Assembly: GCA_963817615.1 (NCBI GenBank)
Contig: CAWFPH010000003.1
Span: 1,904,856 to 1,968,855 of the forward strand
Source of the DNA: an uncultured Gammaproteobacteria bacterium
GTDB lineage: Bacteria; Pseudomonadota; Gammaproteobacteria; Steroidobacterales; Rariloculaceae
Reading direction: 5' to 3'
DNA: 64,000 bases
A model generated the notes under the pieces. That model saw nothing but the letters and a program-made list of their open reading frames with translations, searched no databases and was not told the origin of the DNA. Position numbers and translations under genes: made by a program. This document shows positions 19,125-29,893 of the stretch, piece after piece. Numbering within the stretch: position 1 is the first letter of the stretch; the number at the start of each line of letters is the position of its first letter.

Positions 19125-21167
19125 TCAGCCGCCCGCGACAGACGTCGACAGCGCCCGCTCCTCGTAGAGCGGGATGCGGATACTGAAGACGGACCCGACG
19201 CCCTCCACGGTCTGCACATTCAGCGAGCCGCCGCACCGTCTGACGATCTCTCTGATCTGAAACGCTCCGATGCCGAGCCCCGTTCCGCCTTTGGTCGTGT
19301 CGAACGGCCGAAAAAGCCGCTCCTGAACGAAGTCGGCGGACATACCCGAGCCGTTGTCGCTCACGGTGATCAATGCGCACTGATCTTCGCGCCGCAGCGC
19401 CACCTTCACGGCTCCGGCTGCGGTAGCCGCCTGTTGGGAATTGCGGACGAGATGGGCGAGACCGTGACTCAGCTGGTCCATCTCCGCAAAGATTCGTAGC
19501 GGCTCGGTCGGCAGCTCGACCGCCGGCGCAGGCGAATATCCGGCGCACAATCGCACGGCGTCGGCCACGACCGAGGCCGCCTCGCCCGACGTCGGCGCAC
19601 TGGGGCGCGATCCCGAGCGAACGAGGGCCACGAGTCGGTTGATGCGCTCGACGGACCGCGAAATCGTGCGCATCGCGTCGGCAATGAATTCCGGATTGTT
19701 GCGGTGCCGCCCCTCGTTTTGAAGGATCAGGCTTTGCTGCGTGCTGATATTGCTCAAGTCGTGGACCAGAAACGCGGTCATCCGACCGAACTCTTCGAAC
19801 TGCTTCGCTTCGGCCAAACGCTGCGTCAAATAATGCTGGCTCAGATGACCGGCGACCTCGCGGCCGCCGGTTCTGAGGATATCGATGTCTTCGAACGTCA
19901 GTCGCTCCAGTCCGGCCGGTCTCTCCAAAATGACGAAGCCGAAAAGCTTGTCGTGCACGAGGAGCGGGACTACCAGCAGCTCCTTGTCCGTCCGCGACAA
20001 GACGTCGTCGAGGAAGCTCGGCGCTTGGCTCGCGGGCCGAACCTTGTATTCGACGCTATCGACGATCCAGGCCGACTCGGCCATGAACGCGAGCAAGTCG
20101 TCCGGCGGGTACTCCTGCAAAGGCGCATAGCTGGCCGTATTCCATGAAGCAGCAGCCACGTAGCTTTCCGATCCGGGCTCGAACACGAAGAGAGCACCCG
20201 CGCGGCTCGCGACGATATCCGCAAGCGCCTTGATCGCCCGCTTCGGCAGATCTTCGCTGGACGATGCCAGCGTGTTGGTAAGCCGCAGCCACTCGCTGCG
20301 GTAGTCGTACCTGAAACGATAGAAATGCTTCGTCAGCAGTACGCGAACCCAGGTGGCATGCTCTCGGCTGTAGAGCAGCACGGCCGGCAACAACAGCAGG
20401 ATGGCGAGCGCGGCGAACAGGCCACGAGGACCCGCACTCGCCCCGGACGTCAACCGATAGATCAAGAACGCAGGCAGCAACACCGCGACCAGCGCGACGG
20501 CGCCTACCACAGCCGTCGTCAGGGCGTCGCGCGACACGAACGCGCGCATTTCCAGATCGTTCACCCTTACGACCAACATGCCGAGCAGCGGTGCCAAACT
20601 CAGCGCCGCCCCCCCGCGAGCGATCAACAACGCATCCCTGACGGCGGCGCTCGTGCCCGGCACGGCCGCTAGAATGGCCGTGGTCCCCAGCAGGACGAAG
20701 GCGCATCCGGCGAAGCGATACCAGGCGGCCTGCCGAAGCGCGGTCACGTCGACCGAAAGCTCCAGCACGATCCAAAGTCCCATTGTGGAAATCGCAAACG
20801 CGGCAGCCCGCAACGGCACATCTCCGCCCGATCGAGACAGTATGGCGATCGCCGCGGCGGCGACGACTCCGACCCCGATCGAACGAACCGCTATCGTCGA
20901 TGCGCGAGAGCTGGTGGCGACTACGAGAACGCCGAACAACGACGCCCAGCCGATCATCTGCAACGGCTCGAACCACGGGTACTCGTATAGCCCGTAGGCG
21001 CGCAGCGAGACATGCGCCAGGTTGACGCTCCACAGGCAGAAGGCTGCGACGCCGAGCGCAAACAGACCCGCTCGCGACCGGACGGAATTGGCACCCGCCA
21101 CGAGCACGAACAGAGCGGCGAACTCGAGCGCGGCCAAGGCATGCAACGAGCCCAGCCAAGTCGCCAC
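19125..21167 (-). CDS. prsK: Multi-TM GAF histidine kinase, XrtA/PEP-CTERM-system kinase PrsK-like
   Basis: 680 aa; GTG 21167 follows GGAGG. The N-terminal ~300 aa are hydrophobic (about 8 TM helices). A GAF-like region, H-box (FLVHDLSNIS) and HATPase_c (SDNGSGM, GGTGLGIGAF) follow. Size and architecture match PrsK (TIGR02916) as recalled. Confidence 0.75.
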   Translation of the reverse strand: MATWLGSLHALAALEFAALFVLVAGANSVRSRAGLFALGVAAFCLWSVNLAHVSLRAYGLYEYPWFEPLQMIGWASLFGVLVVATSSRASTIAVRSIGVGVVAAAAIAILSRSGGDVPLRAAAFAISTMGLWIVLELSVDVTALRQAAWYRFAGCAFVLLGTTAILAAVPGTSAAVRDALLIARGGAALSLAPLLGMLVVRVNDLEMRAFVSRDALTTAVVGAVALVAVLLPAFLIYRLTSGASAGPRGLFAALAILLLLPAVLLYSREHATWVRVLLTKHFYRFRYDYRSEWLRLTNTLASSSEDLPKRAIKALADIVASRAGALFVFEPGSESYVAAASWNTASYAPLQEYPPDDLLAFMAESAWIVDSVEYKVRPASQAPSFLDDVLSRTDKELLVVPLLVHDKLFGFVILERPAGLERLTFEDIDILRTGGREVAGHLSQHYLTQRLAEAKQFEEFGRMTAFLVHDLSNISTQQSLILQNEGRHRNNPEFIADAMRTISRSVERINRLVALVRSGSRPSAPTSGEAASVVADAVRLCAGYSPAPAVELPTEPLRIFAEMDQLSHGLAHLVRNSQQAATAAGAVKVALRREDQCALITVSDNGSGMSADFVQERLFRPFDTTKGGTGLGIGAFQIREIVRRCGGSLNVQTVEGVGSVFSIRIPLYEERALSTSVAGG

Positions 21168-21242
21168 GCGCTACCTCCCCCGTCAACTTACACAACCGCC
21201 ACCCGCCCCGGTCGGAGCACGGCGCGCGGCGGCTAACGGTAT

Positions 21243-22577
21243 TCAGCCTCCGTGGCGGCCCGCTTGCAAGCGCGCATCTCCGGCGAGCTTTGTGGCCGGC
21301 GGCGAATCGGAGCGGCTTTGCTCGAGCGAAAGACCCGCCTGACCTTCACGTTGCGACAGGCGCGTGACGACGACGCCGGCAGGCTGTGGCGCGACGTCGA
21401 CCTTGCGCGTGCGACGCTCGCCACGCCTGCGCTCGCTGCCGCTGCGGCGGTCCGAGACGCCGGCTGGCAAGGGTCGTTGCTGCTTACGCTGCTCCATGTT
21501 GGTTCGGCGGTCTGCGACGGCACGCCGGCGACAGATGGACCAGCGCAGAAAGCGCATCACTGTCCACGAACGGAGAATGACCGACAGGTACAGCATAGCG
21601 GCGCTGACGAAGAGAACGAGCATCGCCCAATTCGGCATCGCAAACACTTCGCCGGCGATACCGATCGCGGCCGCCGCAACCGCCATGCCGGTCAGGATCA
21701 TCACGGTTTCGCCAACCGTGAAGCCCGCCATCATGAGCACGTGGTGGAGATGCTCCTTGTCGGCTCTGAACGGCGATCGACCGCGGGCGAGGCGGCGGAT
21801 CATCATCGTGACCGTATCGCAGATCGGAACGGCAAGGAGCCAAAGAGCGGTGATCGGCGACATTACGGCTTCGGGGCCGGTCGAAAGATCGATCGCCAAC
21901 CACACGTAGGTGAAGCCGAGGAACATCGTGCCGGCGTCCCCGAGAAATACGCTTGCCTTCTTGCGCCCGAACACGCGCGCGTTGAAAACCAAGAATCCCA
22001 CCAGGCACGACATGAGCAACAGGAGCTGCCCGACGTGAACGTCCTGACCCGCGCGCTGCGCTAAAATGGCGAGCGCGCCGAATGCGACCAGCAGTTGAAA
22101 GCCCGCGAGCCCATCGAGGCCATCGGACAGATTGACTGCATTGATGACGCCGATCGCCGCGACCAAAGTGAACGGAATCGCGAGGAACCCGAGCTCGACG
22201 GGACCGAACTCCGGCACCAAACTGCCGATGGTTTGCACGGATACGCCGCCGGCCACGCACATCAAGAGGATCGCGGAGACTTGGAAGGCGATCTTCGCGA
22301 TAGGCCGCAGCTCGAAGAAATCGTCGAGCAGACCGCCGAGCACGATCACCGCGCTCGCGACCGCGAAAACTGCGACGGGCTGAAGCTCCGGAACGAGCAG
22401 GAACGCGCCGATGAGGTACGCCGCGAAGATTCCCAATCCGCCGACGAGCGGGACGTCGCCCAGATGAGCCTTGCGCGAGTTAGGCTGATCGACCAGACCG
22501 ATCTTTTGCGCGAGCGGCGAAAGTGCGCCGATCAGCGCCGCGGTGACCACGGCGACAATGAAAACAGCAACCCTCAT
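21243..22577 (-). CDS. WecA/MraY-family polyprenyl-phosphate N-acetylhexosamine-1-phosphate transferase with an Arg-rich C-terminal tail
   Basis: 444 aa. GLVDQPNSRKAH, PLVGGLGIF, NAVNLSDGLDGLAG and multiple TM helices. The last ~100 aa (RRRAVADRRTNMEQRKQQR...DRRSGSERRRGERRTRK...) are hydrophilic and very basic. Confidence 0.85.
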   Translation of the reverse strand: MRVAVFIVAVVTAALIGALSPLAQKIGLVDQPNSRKAHLGDVPLVGGLGIFAAYLIGAFLLVPELQPVAVFAVASAVIVLGGLLDDFFELRPIAKIAFQVSAILLMCVAGGVSVQTIGSLVPEFGPVELGFLAIPFTLVAAIGVINAVNLSDGLDGLAGFQLLVAFGALAILAQRAGQDVHVGQLLLLMSCLVGFLVFNARVFGRKKASVFLGDAGTMFLGFTYVWLAIDLSTGPEAVMSPITALWLLAVPICDTVTMMIRRLARGRSPFRADKEHLHHVLMMAGFTVGETVMILTGMAVAAAAIGIAGEVFAMPNWAMLVLFVSAAMLYLSVILRSWTVMRFLRWSICRRRAVADRRTNMEQRKQQRPLPAGVSDRRSGSERRRGERRTRKVDVAPQPAGVVVTRLSQREGQAGLSLEQSRSDSPPATKLAGDARLQAGRHGG

Positions 22578-22918
22578 TCAAACGCTCGAACAAAGGGGGA
22601 CATCGAAGATACTAGCCATTCCATGTGAATCTTCTTTTTCAGTCCGCGAAAACGCTCGACGTAAAGGCGGTATCCGCCGTTATGTTCAATGCATTCGCGC
22701 GACTCCCAAAGACCCTTTCGAGCAGCCGCGCCACGGATCGCATCGACGTCGAGGAATAGCCTAACCTTTCTCTCTTCGGAATCAAGTTGACGTGACCAGA
22801 TTTCAGGCTGGGGCCGGACACAATTGCCCGTCCAGCCCTGGAGCATAATGGCTTCCAAGCGAGCGACGAGACAGCGCTCTGGAACGGCTCTAGAATCAAA
22901 GGGTTGTATCAGACGCAC
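22574..22918 (-). CDS. Hypothetical protein, translationally coupled (ATGA) to the WecA-like gene
   Basis: 114-aa ORF whose TGA overlaps the downstream ATG (22574-22577). It lies in lower-GC DNA and no family was recognised. It could be a gene remnant. Confidence 0.3.
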   Translation of the reverse strand: MRLIQPFDSRAVPERCLVARLEAIMLQGWTGNCVRPQPEIWSRQLDSEERKVRLFLDVDAIRGAAARKGLWESRECIEHNGGYRLYVERFRGLKKKIHMEWLVSSMSPFVRAFE

Positions 22919-23268
22919 CTCGAAAGTGCAAACGCTGGTACTTACGCAGGCGTCACGATAACAGGAGCGCCGAGACGTATTCTGTGTTGTCCGTAGCGCG
23001 TGACGCGGTAGGCTTCAGCGACGAAGCGCATTCGTGCTGAGATGCGCCGCCCGGTGCGCGCCGCGACCTGCGGGCAGAGGCGCAGCGCTTCGCGCAACGA
23101 CACCGGAACGGCGGCAAAGTTCGATCGGCCTTCATATCGCCAAACTGATTTTCAAAGAGAACAACGTGGACACGACGCAAGCTCGCAGCACCCTTACGGA
23201 AGATATTAGCCCGCAGACGGAAGTCCCGGGTCGATTTCATCCTATCCAAGGTCGCGACGAAGGACGAG

Positions 23269-23816
23269 ATGAGGATCATCGACATCGGCTGCGGCATCGA
23301 TGGGCGATCGTTCGAGGACTACGTTTCACCGAAGTGGCGCATCACGGGCATCGATATCCACGCTGAGGAACGCGTGACTCATACGCATCCAAATTTCGTG
23401 TATCTGCGCCAGGATGCGCAGAACCTTAGCCAGTTCAGAGACGGCGAGTTCGATCTATCGCTCTCCATCGGGATGATGGAGCACATCACAGATCCTCCGA
23501 CGTTCCGCAGGATCTGCGCGGAAATACAACGCGTGGCGAAACAGTACGTAGTTGTCGTTCCCTATCGCTACTGCTGGATCGAACCTCATTTCGGAGTGCC
23601 GTTCTTTCCGCTGTTTCCGGAGCGGCTCCAGATAGCTTTGGTGAAATCGCTCAACCTCAGTGGACTACGTCACGTACTCGACGAGGAGCCCGACCATATA
23701 AGGAAGAATTATCAGTGGTTCACAAATGCGCAATACCGCGAGATTTTCCTGGATCTACAATCTACCTGCTGCCAACGCTCGAGACCATTGCGATCGTAAA
23801 GCGAACCGCGACATAG
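23269..23816 (+). pseudogene. Class I SAM-dependent methyltransferase (Methyltransf_11-like), start unclear and 3' end frameshifted
   Basis: Motif I IIDIGCG lies right at the first ATG, and MTase-like sequence (RVDFILSKVATKDE) continues upstream in frame without a canonical start. The native-looking C terminus STIYLLPTLETIAIVKRTAT* is in another frame, ending at 23816. Confidence 0.55.
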
Positions 23817-23855
23817 CCGGTTAGCTCGTTCAGAATGCCGAAGAGCCTTCTAGAA

Positions 23856-25150
23856 TTATTGAACTGAAAGCGTAGGACTCTGCGGTCTGACCACGACGTC
23901 CTTTCGCATCAAAACAATCCCATCGCGATCGTTAAGGTTAACGGTTCGCGTCAATTGACCATTGTTAACGCGTCGGGTCTTGACGTCCAGCAATACGTCT
24001 AAAGTCATCCTCGAGCTGAACGGACTTCGCGCCCGTTGCCTTTCGGATTGACTAGTACGATCCCGTTCTCGAAGTCTCGCCTGTAAACGCCGTTCTGCCA
24101 AGGATTAGAGCGCCGGCGCACTCGTTGCCGCCCCGAGAATCGCGTCGTATTCGTCGAAATATGGTGCGTCGTTGTAGGCGTCGGAAGCGTTGAACGCATA
24201 ATAACGCATCATCTAGCAAACACGAAGCAAATCCGTATCGAAACGCCTGGTAGTCAGTCGGGCTGCCGATCTGATGAAAATACCGAGCTTCGGTCGGCGT
24301 ATGCCGCCATGATCTTCCGGTACGCCCTCATCATCTCCGACCAGCCACCCCACGTCTCGAATGACCAACTCGACCGATTAGGGCTTCCATGAAGCCGCCG
24401 TTTAGCTGTTGATCAATTCCGGGAAAACTGCGGCCTCATCGCTTCCCCAATCAGCCGTATTCCCGAGTTCGTACTTATTTGGGAGCAGTTGGTGCATCAG
24501 TTCGAAATGGCGGCGAAGCCCTGCCTTAACCATGTGGCCACCTTAGGATCGGACTTCGAATCGACAATACCATCGGCGTCGTAATCACCGTCAACTCTGG
24601 ACGCCAGAAGACGTTATCGAGATAGAAGCCGTCCAAAGATGGACTGCGTTGAAAAAGCGTGCTGGACGACCCAGTGTCGCGTACCAATCAACCCAACGAT
24701 TACCCTGGCTGTTTGGGCCGCGCTAACAACGTATTGTTGAGCAATACCGCACCAGGCCACAGGAGGTAAGTTGACAGCAGACCCTGACGTCCCAGACGCG
24801 TATAGATACCATCGGTTCGGAATCGAGCGCGGTATAAAGATCGGCCAAAACTGGAGTTCTCGCCGCAGAGATTTCGTTATTGTTGATGTACGCGAAGACC
24901 TTAGTACGCGGATTTATCGCCTTTATGTTTCGTTACGACCTGTTCGATCGTCGTCCCACGACCGACCTCCCAACCGGCCAGAAGTTAATGAGTGCGATAT
25001 CTCCGCGGGCGAGTTGACGTTGGATCGCCGGATCTTCGTAGTTTTGTTGGGTAACCAGTTCACTGCCAGCCGAGGGTACGGCGGATCCTCTGCTCCTAAA
25101 GCTCGTGCCGCGAAGGCAAGTCCCATCAAGACTACGAACAGCTTATTCAT
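23856..25150 (-). pseudogene. Secreted glycoside-hydrolase-like (GHL15-type) protein, multiply frameshifted
   Basis: ATG 25150 follows AGGAGGG and encodes a signal peptide (MNKLFVVLMGLAFAARALGA). Downstream fragments lie in different frames: DPAIQRQLARGDIALINFWPVG, INPRTKVFAYINNNE, DGFYLDNVFWRPE and GVYRRDFENGIVLVNPKGNG...DRDGIVLMR. The family call is from recall only. Confidence 0.4.
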
Positions 25151-25508
25151 TGAAGCCCTCCTGGCTCTGCAACCTATGAGACAGCATGTTCGTGCGTCAA
25201 GGCAAACAGTCGCTGATGGCAGACATTGAACCGCGATTGACGGTGAGCCTTGTGACGGGTTTCTCAATTTGGCGCCTGACAGCCGCGAACCCGTCATCAC
25301 GTTCGGATCCATCGATCCGATTTCACGGAACGCCCCCTACTCGGCGGAACATGCGTCCGGAGACCTCTCACCATTTTTCCGATCGGCGTCGATCGCGTTC
25401 ACGCCCTATCAGCGTTGAGTCGAACCGGACAGGAGCTGTGGTCAATTTTGCAGACGGCGTCATTACGCCTCAGGACATTCAGTGTCCGGAAACGCAGGTT
25501 GAGACCGC

Positions 25509-25730
25509 CTACTTCTTCTTCCAAACGTAAAACGTCGCTTCGCTGATCCCCATCGTCCGACAAACGTCACCCACCGGTGTGCCGCTCTCGGCCTGCTTCA
25601 GGGCGTACAAAATCTTCTCTTCCGAGTACCTCGATCGCTTCATTGCTCTAGCTCCTTGATGCGCTGCCAAGGGCCGAAGCGAGCAATCTACTCCAGGTCT
25701 AAACGACTACGAAAAATCGGGACCACGTCA
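25509..25730 (-). mobile_element. Remnant of a second IS3-family element: terminal repeat (TGACGTGGTCCCGATTTTTCG...) plus the 5' part of orfA
   Basis: orfA' (25643 down to 25509) reads MKRSRYSEEKILYALKQAESGTPVGDVCRTMGISEATFYVWKKK*. The TAG sits where the family motif WKKKYGGL has Tyr, and GGL follows in frame. Downstream sequence is degenerate. Confidence 0.6.
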
Positions 25731-25775
25731 GAATTTTGCCATCAAGTGCTGTCGCGGGGAGAGATTGCCGGGGTT

Positions 25776-26636
25776 CTACCCCGTTTCCACGGACGGTTGA
25801 GTTAAGGCTGAAAACTTCCGATCTTGCCGGGCCACTCTACGACGCATTCGCGGGTTGTGGAACCGCTCGAGGTAATCAAACAGGTCCGCGCGCGCCTCAT
25901 CGCGCGTCCGGTACTGACGATGGTGCACACGTTCCCGCTTGAGCATTCCGAAAAAGCCCTCGCAAGCCGCATTGTCGGCGCAGTGGCCGACCGCGCTCAT
26001 GCTGCAGACCAACGCGTTGCCACCCAGGAACTTCTGGTAGGTGCCGCTGATGAACTGACCGCCGCGATCCGAGTGCAGGATGACCTCCGAGCTGCCCGCC
26101 CGTTGCCACACAGCCATCTGCACCGCGCGCACGACCATGTGTCGATCCTGCCGGTGATGCATCGACCAGCCCGCCACGAGCTTGCTGAACAGATCGAGCA
26201 CGATGCACAGATACAGCTTGCCTTCGAGCGTCAGGATCTCCGTGATGTCGGTGACCCACTTGGTCTCCGGTTCGTTGGCACTGAAGTCTCGTTCGAGCAG
26301 GTTCTTGACCCCGACAGGTCGAACCCCTGCCTTGCCGCCGAAGCGGCGCTTGCGCCGCCGCGGCCAGCCCTGCAGGCCGGCACCCGCCATCAGGCGGGCC
26401 ACCCGGTTGAGGCTGACGCGCTCGCCCTCGTCGGCGAGGTCCTCGTGCATGCGGGGTGCGCCGATCACTCCGAGGCTGTCTTCATGGATCTCTCGGATGC
26501 GCTCCAGCAAGCGCGCATTGGCTTGCGCGCGCGGCCCAGGCGTGCGGCACGCCCACGCATAGAAGCCGCTCGTCGAGACTTCCAAGCAGCGGCACATCAT
26601 CCCCACGGGATACTCGCTGCGGCAGTGTTCAATCAC
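25776..26636 (-). CDS. IS3-family transposase orfB (rve/DDE integrase core)
   Basis: 286 aa: ...[12 protein letters not shown]...[12 protein letters not shown]...[10 protein letters not shown]...[17 protein letters not shown]. The frame continues upstream into orfA through the slippery site. Confidence 0.85.
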   Translation of the reverse strand: MIEHCRSEYPVGMMCRCLEVSTSGFYAWACRTPGPRAQANARLLERIREIHEDSLGVIGAPRMHEDLADEGERVSLNRVARLMAGAGLQGWPRRRKRRFGGKAGVRPVGVKNLLERDFSANEPETKWVTDITEILTLEGKLYLCIVLDLFSKLVAGWSMHHRQDRHMVVRAVQMAVWQRAGSSEVILHSDRGGQFISGTYQKFLGGNALVCSMSAVGHCADNAACEGFFGMLKRERVHHRQYRTRDEARADLFDYLERFHNPRMRRRVARQDRKFSALTQPSVETG

Positions 26637-26936
26637 CGCGTACCGCTCGGTGACTGCTTCGCGAAGTACGCTGCCGCGTCTCTTAAAAAATCCCGTTCCT
26701 TGGTGACCTTCGAGAGCTCGCGCTTGAGGCGGGCCATCTCCTCATCGCGCGGCGTGCCGCCGCCCGGGAAGGCTTGTGCCTCCGGCCTCGGCTTCACGGA
26801 CCCAACGGGTCAACAGGTTCGGGTTGACCCCGACCTCCAGGGCGATCTGCCGGCAGCTCGACTGCGACCGCCGAACCAGCTCGACGATCTCTCGCTTGTA
26901 CTCAGGGCTGTAACGCTTGCGCTTCGACATGGACAC
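26633..26936 (-). pseudogene. IS3-family transposase orfA (HTH), internally frameshifted near 26775
   Basis: The N-terminal part MSMSKRKRYSPEYKREIVELVRRSQSSCRQIALEVGVNPNLLTRWVREAEAGG is in one frame. The C-terminal part [30 protein letters not shown]...* is in another. Confidence 0.65.
26684..26690 (-). promoter_or_regulatory. Candidate programmed -1 ribosomal frameshift heptamer T TTT TTA linking orfA and orfB
   Basis: The minus strand reads GAT TTT TTA AGA. Slipping -1 there continues as [26 protein letters not shown], which is the orfB frame. Confidence 0.6.
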
Positions 26937-26994
26937 TCCTCTGGCTCAGTATGAGCCTTAGTGAAAGTGTCCGCAGAATCGGGGTAGAACCCTG

Positions 26995-27230
26995 GGCGGC
27001 CACGCAGCTCGACGAGCTGATCGAGTGCACGCACGATGCGCCGAGCCGGTAGATTCGCGTCGATCTCGATCCGCAGGACATCGCGGTCGAAGTCTCCATC
27101 AGACGTTCGAACGCGCGAAACTGTCGACCCGACCACAAGGCATCGGCCATGAAGTCAGCCGACCAGACCTCGTTCGGTCGAGCCGGAGTCACCAAGGGCG
27201 CATTCACCTGCGACCGGGTTCTGCACAAAT
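26995..27230 (-). pseudogene. IS3-family orfB fragment cut by the IS at 25769-26994
   Basis: Fragments PARPNEVWSADFMADALWSGRQFRAF and DGDFDRDVLRIEIDANLPARRIVRALDQLVELRGRP lie in two frames. The second runs straight into the IS terminal repeat. Confidence 0.55.
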
Positions 27231-27341
27231 GTATCCGGCCTGTAAAAAATCCGACAGCTCCCGTCGTCGCCGCCCCGCAGCGCTCGCGACATTAGCTTTC
27301 TTCATCGCAACGCAAATGCCTCTTGCAGGCAGAGAATAATT

Positions 27342-28085
27342 TTGCCACTCTTCGGTATAACCCCTCTACGATCATATGGCAGAGAGATCTGTCTTATGCA
27401 AGGGACAAGTGCATCTTCGTCCATATTCCAAAGTGCGCGAGGCTCTAGCTTTGAGGTGGTCCTCGGACACGAGGGACTACCTGACCATACGACGATACGC
27501 ATGTTGGAGGCGCCGATACCGATCCTGAAATCGGTGGCGGCACCCGATAACCTCAAGCAGTTTGTATTGAGATGTCGGCAGCACGTCCTTGGACACGTCA
27601 AGCATCAAAGAGGACCTGCGCTAAGTCGCGGTCAATATGAGGACTACTTCAAATTCTACGATTATCCGGAATCCATGGAGTAGAGCGTTCTCCTGGTAAA
27701 GAACTGTATGCGTAGCCCCGCACATCGGCAACACTATGGCTTAGCGCCTAACATGACACTTGCTCAGTTTTTAGGCGATGGAGTGGGCGAGAAGCCTTGA
27801 GACCACAGACGGAGTGGTTAAAGAACTACTCTGGCACAATTCCTATGGACTAGATTGGCCGGTTCGAATCATTACCGGCCGACTTTCGCGCAATCAAACG
27901 TCGTCTCAATCTCTCGGCTTCCACGTTACCTCATGCGTTCAAAGGCAGCGGAGGATTACCGCACCTACTTCGATCCTACTTCGATCGAGTTAGTGCGCCG
28001 CGTATACGCCGAAGAAATCAAACTCTTTGGCTATTCGTTTGATGGGACCTATTACAAGGAGACCGCGAGCGCGGCGACGCCCTGA
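27342..28085 (+). pseudogene. Sulfotransferase-family protein, multiply frameshifted
   Basis: Pieces in different frames: ARGSSFEVVLG (the family has PKxxGSSF here), STIIRNPWSRAFSW (family motif RNPWDR..S.Y), and DYRTYFDPTSIELVRRVYAEEIKLFGYSF (typical C terminus). Confidence 0.5.
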
Positions 28086-28149
28086 TTTCAACCCTCAGCG
28101 GTCCAACCGACAAAAGGCTGGGTAGCCCCGCGGCGCTCTCTGAGACGTA

Positions 28150-28454
28150 TTCCGCGTCTATAACGGAGAAGACGGCTCGCGAATTCGTCGACTGGGCAAA
28201 AGGCAGGCATGATGATCGAATACATCGAGCCCTGCGAGCCGAATCAGAAAGCCTATATCGAGCGGTTCAATCGAACGTATCGCGACGAAGTCCTAGACCT
28301 TCAGCTGTTCGAGACACTCGAGCAGGTCCGGGAAATCACGCATCGGTGGCTGATCGATTACAACGAGCATCGGCCGCACGACTCGCTTGGCGATTTGCCG
28401 CCAAGCGAGTATGCAAAAACCGCCGGAAGTTCTAGTTCTCAACCGCCCGCTTGA
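28150..28454 (+). pseudogene. IS3-family orfB C-terminal fragment (opposite orientation to the other remnants)
   Basis: TEKTAREFVDWAKGR is followed, after a frame change, by MMIEYIEPCEPNQKAYIERFNRTYRDEVLDLQLFETLEQVREITHRWLIDYNEHRPHDSLGDLPPSEYA. A further scrap, RRRHSALGYMSP, lies at about 28470-28530. Confidence 0.6.
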
Positions 28455-28614
28455 CGGGGAGCTACGCGACAACCCGCGTCGTCGACACTCGGCACTCGGA
28501 TATATGAGCCCGCGGAATACGAATGGACCGCAGGGTGTCACGGGAAACGGGGCAAGCGCAACGCACGGTCGTATCGACCCACTATTGAGTTCAGGACGAG
28601 TTCGGAACGGCCGC

Positions 28615-29893
28615 TCACTTGCGGTTCCTTGCTAGCCACGCTAGCTTCGTCATTGCGCCAATGTATGACCACACGTATGGCAAGGGCGAATAGAGCACCA
28701 CGAAGGAAATCGACACCAGTAGCGCAATCAACGCATATAGGAACGCAATCAGGTAAGAGCGACTGACTGGATCAGCGTTCGGCAAAGTACGCGCAACCGC
28801 GCGATAGACGCTAACGAAAAGCCAGAGAAACACGGACAGCCCGATTGCGCCGGTGTTGTACAGCAGCAGCAAGTAATGGTTGTGGGGATCCGTATAGATC
28901 CCACTGTAAAAAACATATTCCATCCGACGCCCGTTACGAAGCTGTATGGCTTACTCAGCATGTCGATCAAAGTCGCCTGCCACACAACGGTTCGGCCTGC
29001 GCTTGCAGTGCTGAGCGTCTGGGCTCCTTGCGTCTCGCTCATTCGAGACAAAAACATGTCTGGGTTCGAGAGGAATGCAACAGCTGCAATCGATCCGAAA
29101 AGCAGCACCGCGCAACACCAACCCTCAGAACGGTGCGAGATCCAAATAGTCGCCTCAAGAGGGCCGTCGCTATCACGGCTCCTAACGTCAAACCTACCAG
29201 CGCCCCACGTGAGCCGGTCTCGAGAACCAGCATCATCGAGGCAAGAACACCCACCATCACAATTAAAGACCTTGGGCGAAGGAAAAGCAGCGGACTTACT
29301 GCGAGGAAAAGAATACGAGAAACGCAGCGAACTGGTTGCTCTCTCCTACGGCACCAGCGAGACGGCCACCTTCGATGGTTTCTGTCAGACCCATGTCGGG
29401 CAGCTTCAAGAAATCCATCAATAAGACAATGCTCAAAAGCGAAATTACGATCGCGATGCGTTTAACTAGCCATAGCACATCTCCAGTGCTCCGCAGACCA
29501 AAGAAGAAGACACAGAAAAACAACAGCGGGTCCACGAGCTGCGTTTTAAGGCTAAGAAGGTTTATCAGACCATCGTAGTTGCTATGTACGCTCGTCGAGA
29601 TTGCCCATGAAGCCAGCCCGTAAATGCATAGGAGCCACGAATACCACAAGGAAGCGGGGAAACCGCGTACCCAAAAGCGTGCCGCGCGCCACAGCGACGC
29701 AAGAAAGGTAGCCGACCATAAGATAAAGAACGATGTTCTTAAAGCTCAGTCCTGGAAGGACCGAGAGGCCGATCTGAAAAACGTCGTCCGCGAGCAGGAC
29801 CGCGAACAGTCCGAGGAGCGCAAGATTACGACCAAGGCTGGATACGCCAGCACCAGGTCTACGCAACGAACCTAACTGCACGAGACTTTGCAT
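28615..29893 (-). pseudogene. O-antigen ligase/polymerase-like (Wzy_C) membrane protein, at least 4 frameshifts
   Basis: Five overlapping hydrophobic ORF fragments in different frames: 29582..29893, 29296..29649, 29039..29260, 28749..29108 and 28615..28923. The last contains HNHYLLLLYNTGAIGL, the Wzy_C-type motif. Confidence 0.6.

Larger units (their letters stand above)
25769..26994 (-). mobile_element. IS3-family insertion sequence (~1.2 kb) with imperfect terminal inverted repeats
   Basis: IR-L 25771-25794 (gggttctaccccgtttccacggac) matches the reverse complement of 26969-26992 (gggttctaccccgattctgcggac) at 21 of 24 positions. orfA and orfB lie inside. The ends are uncertain by about 5 bp. 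Confidence 0.8.
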
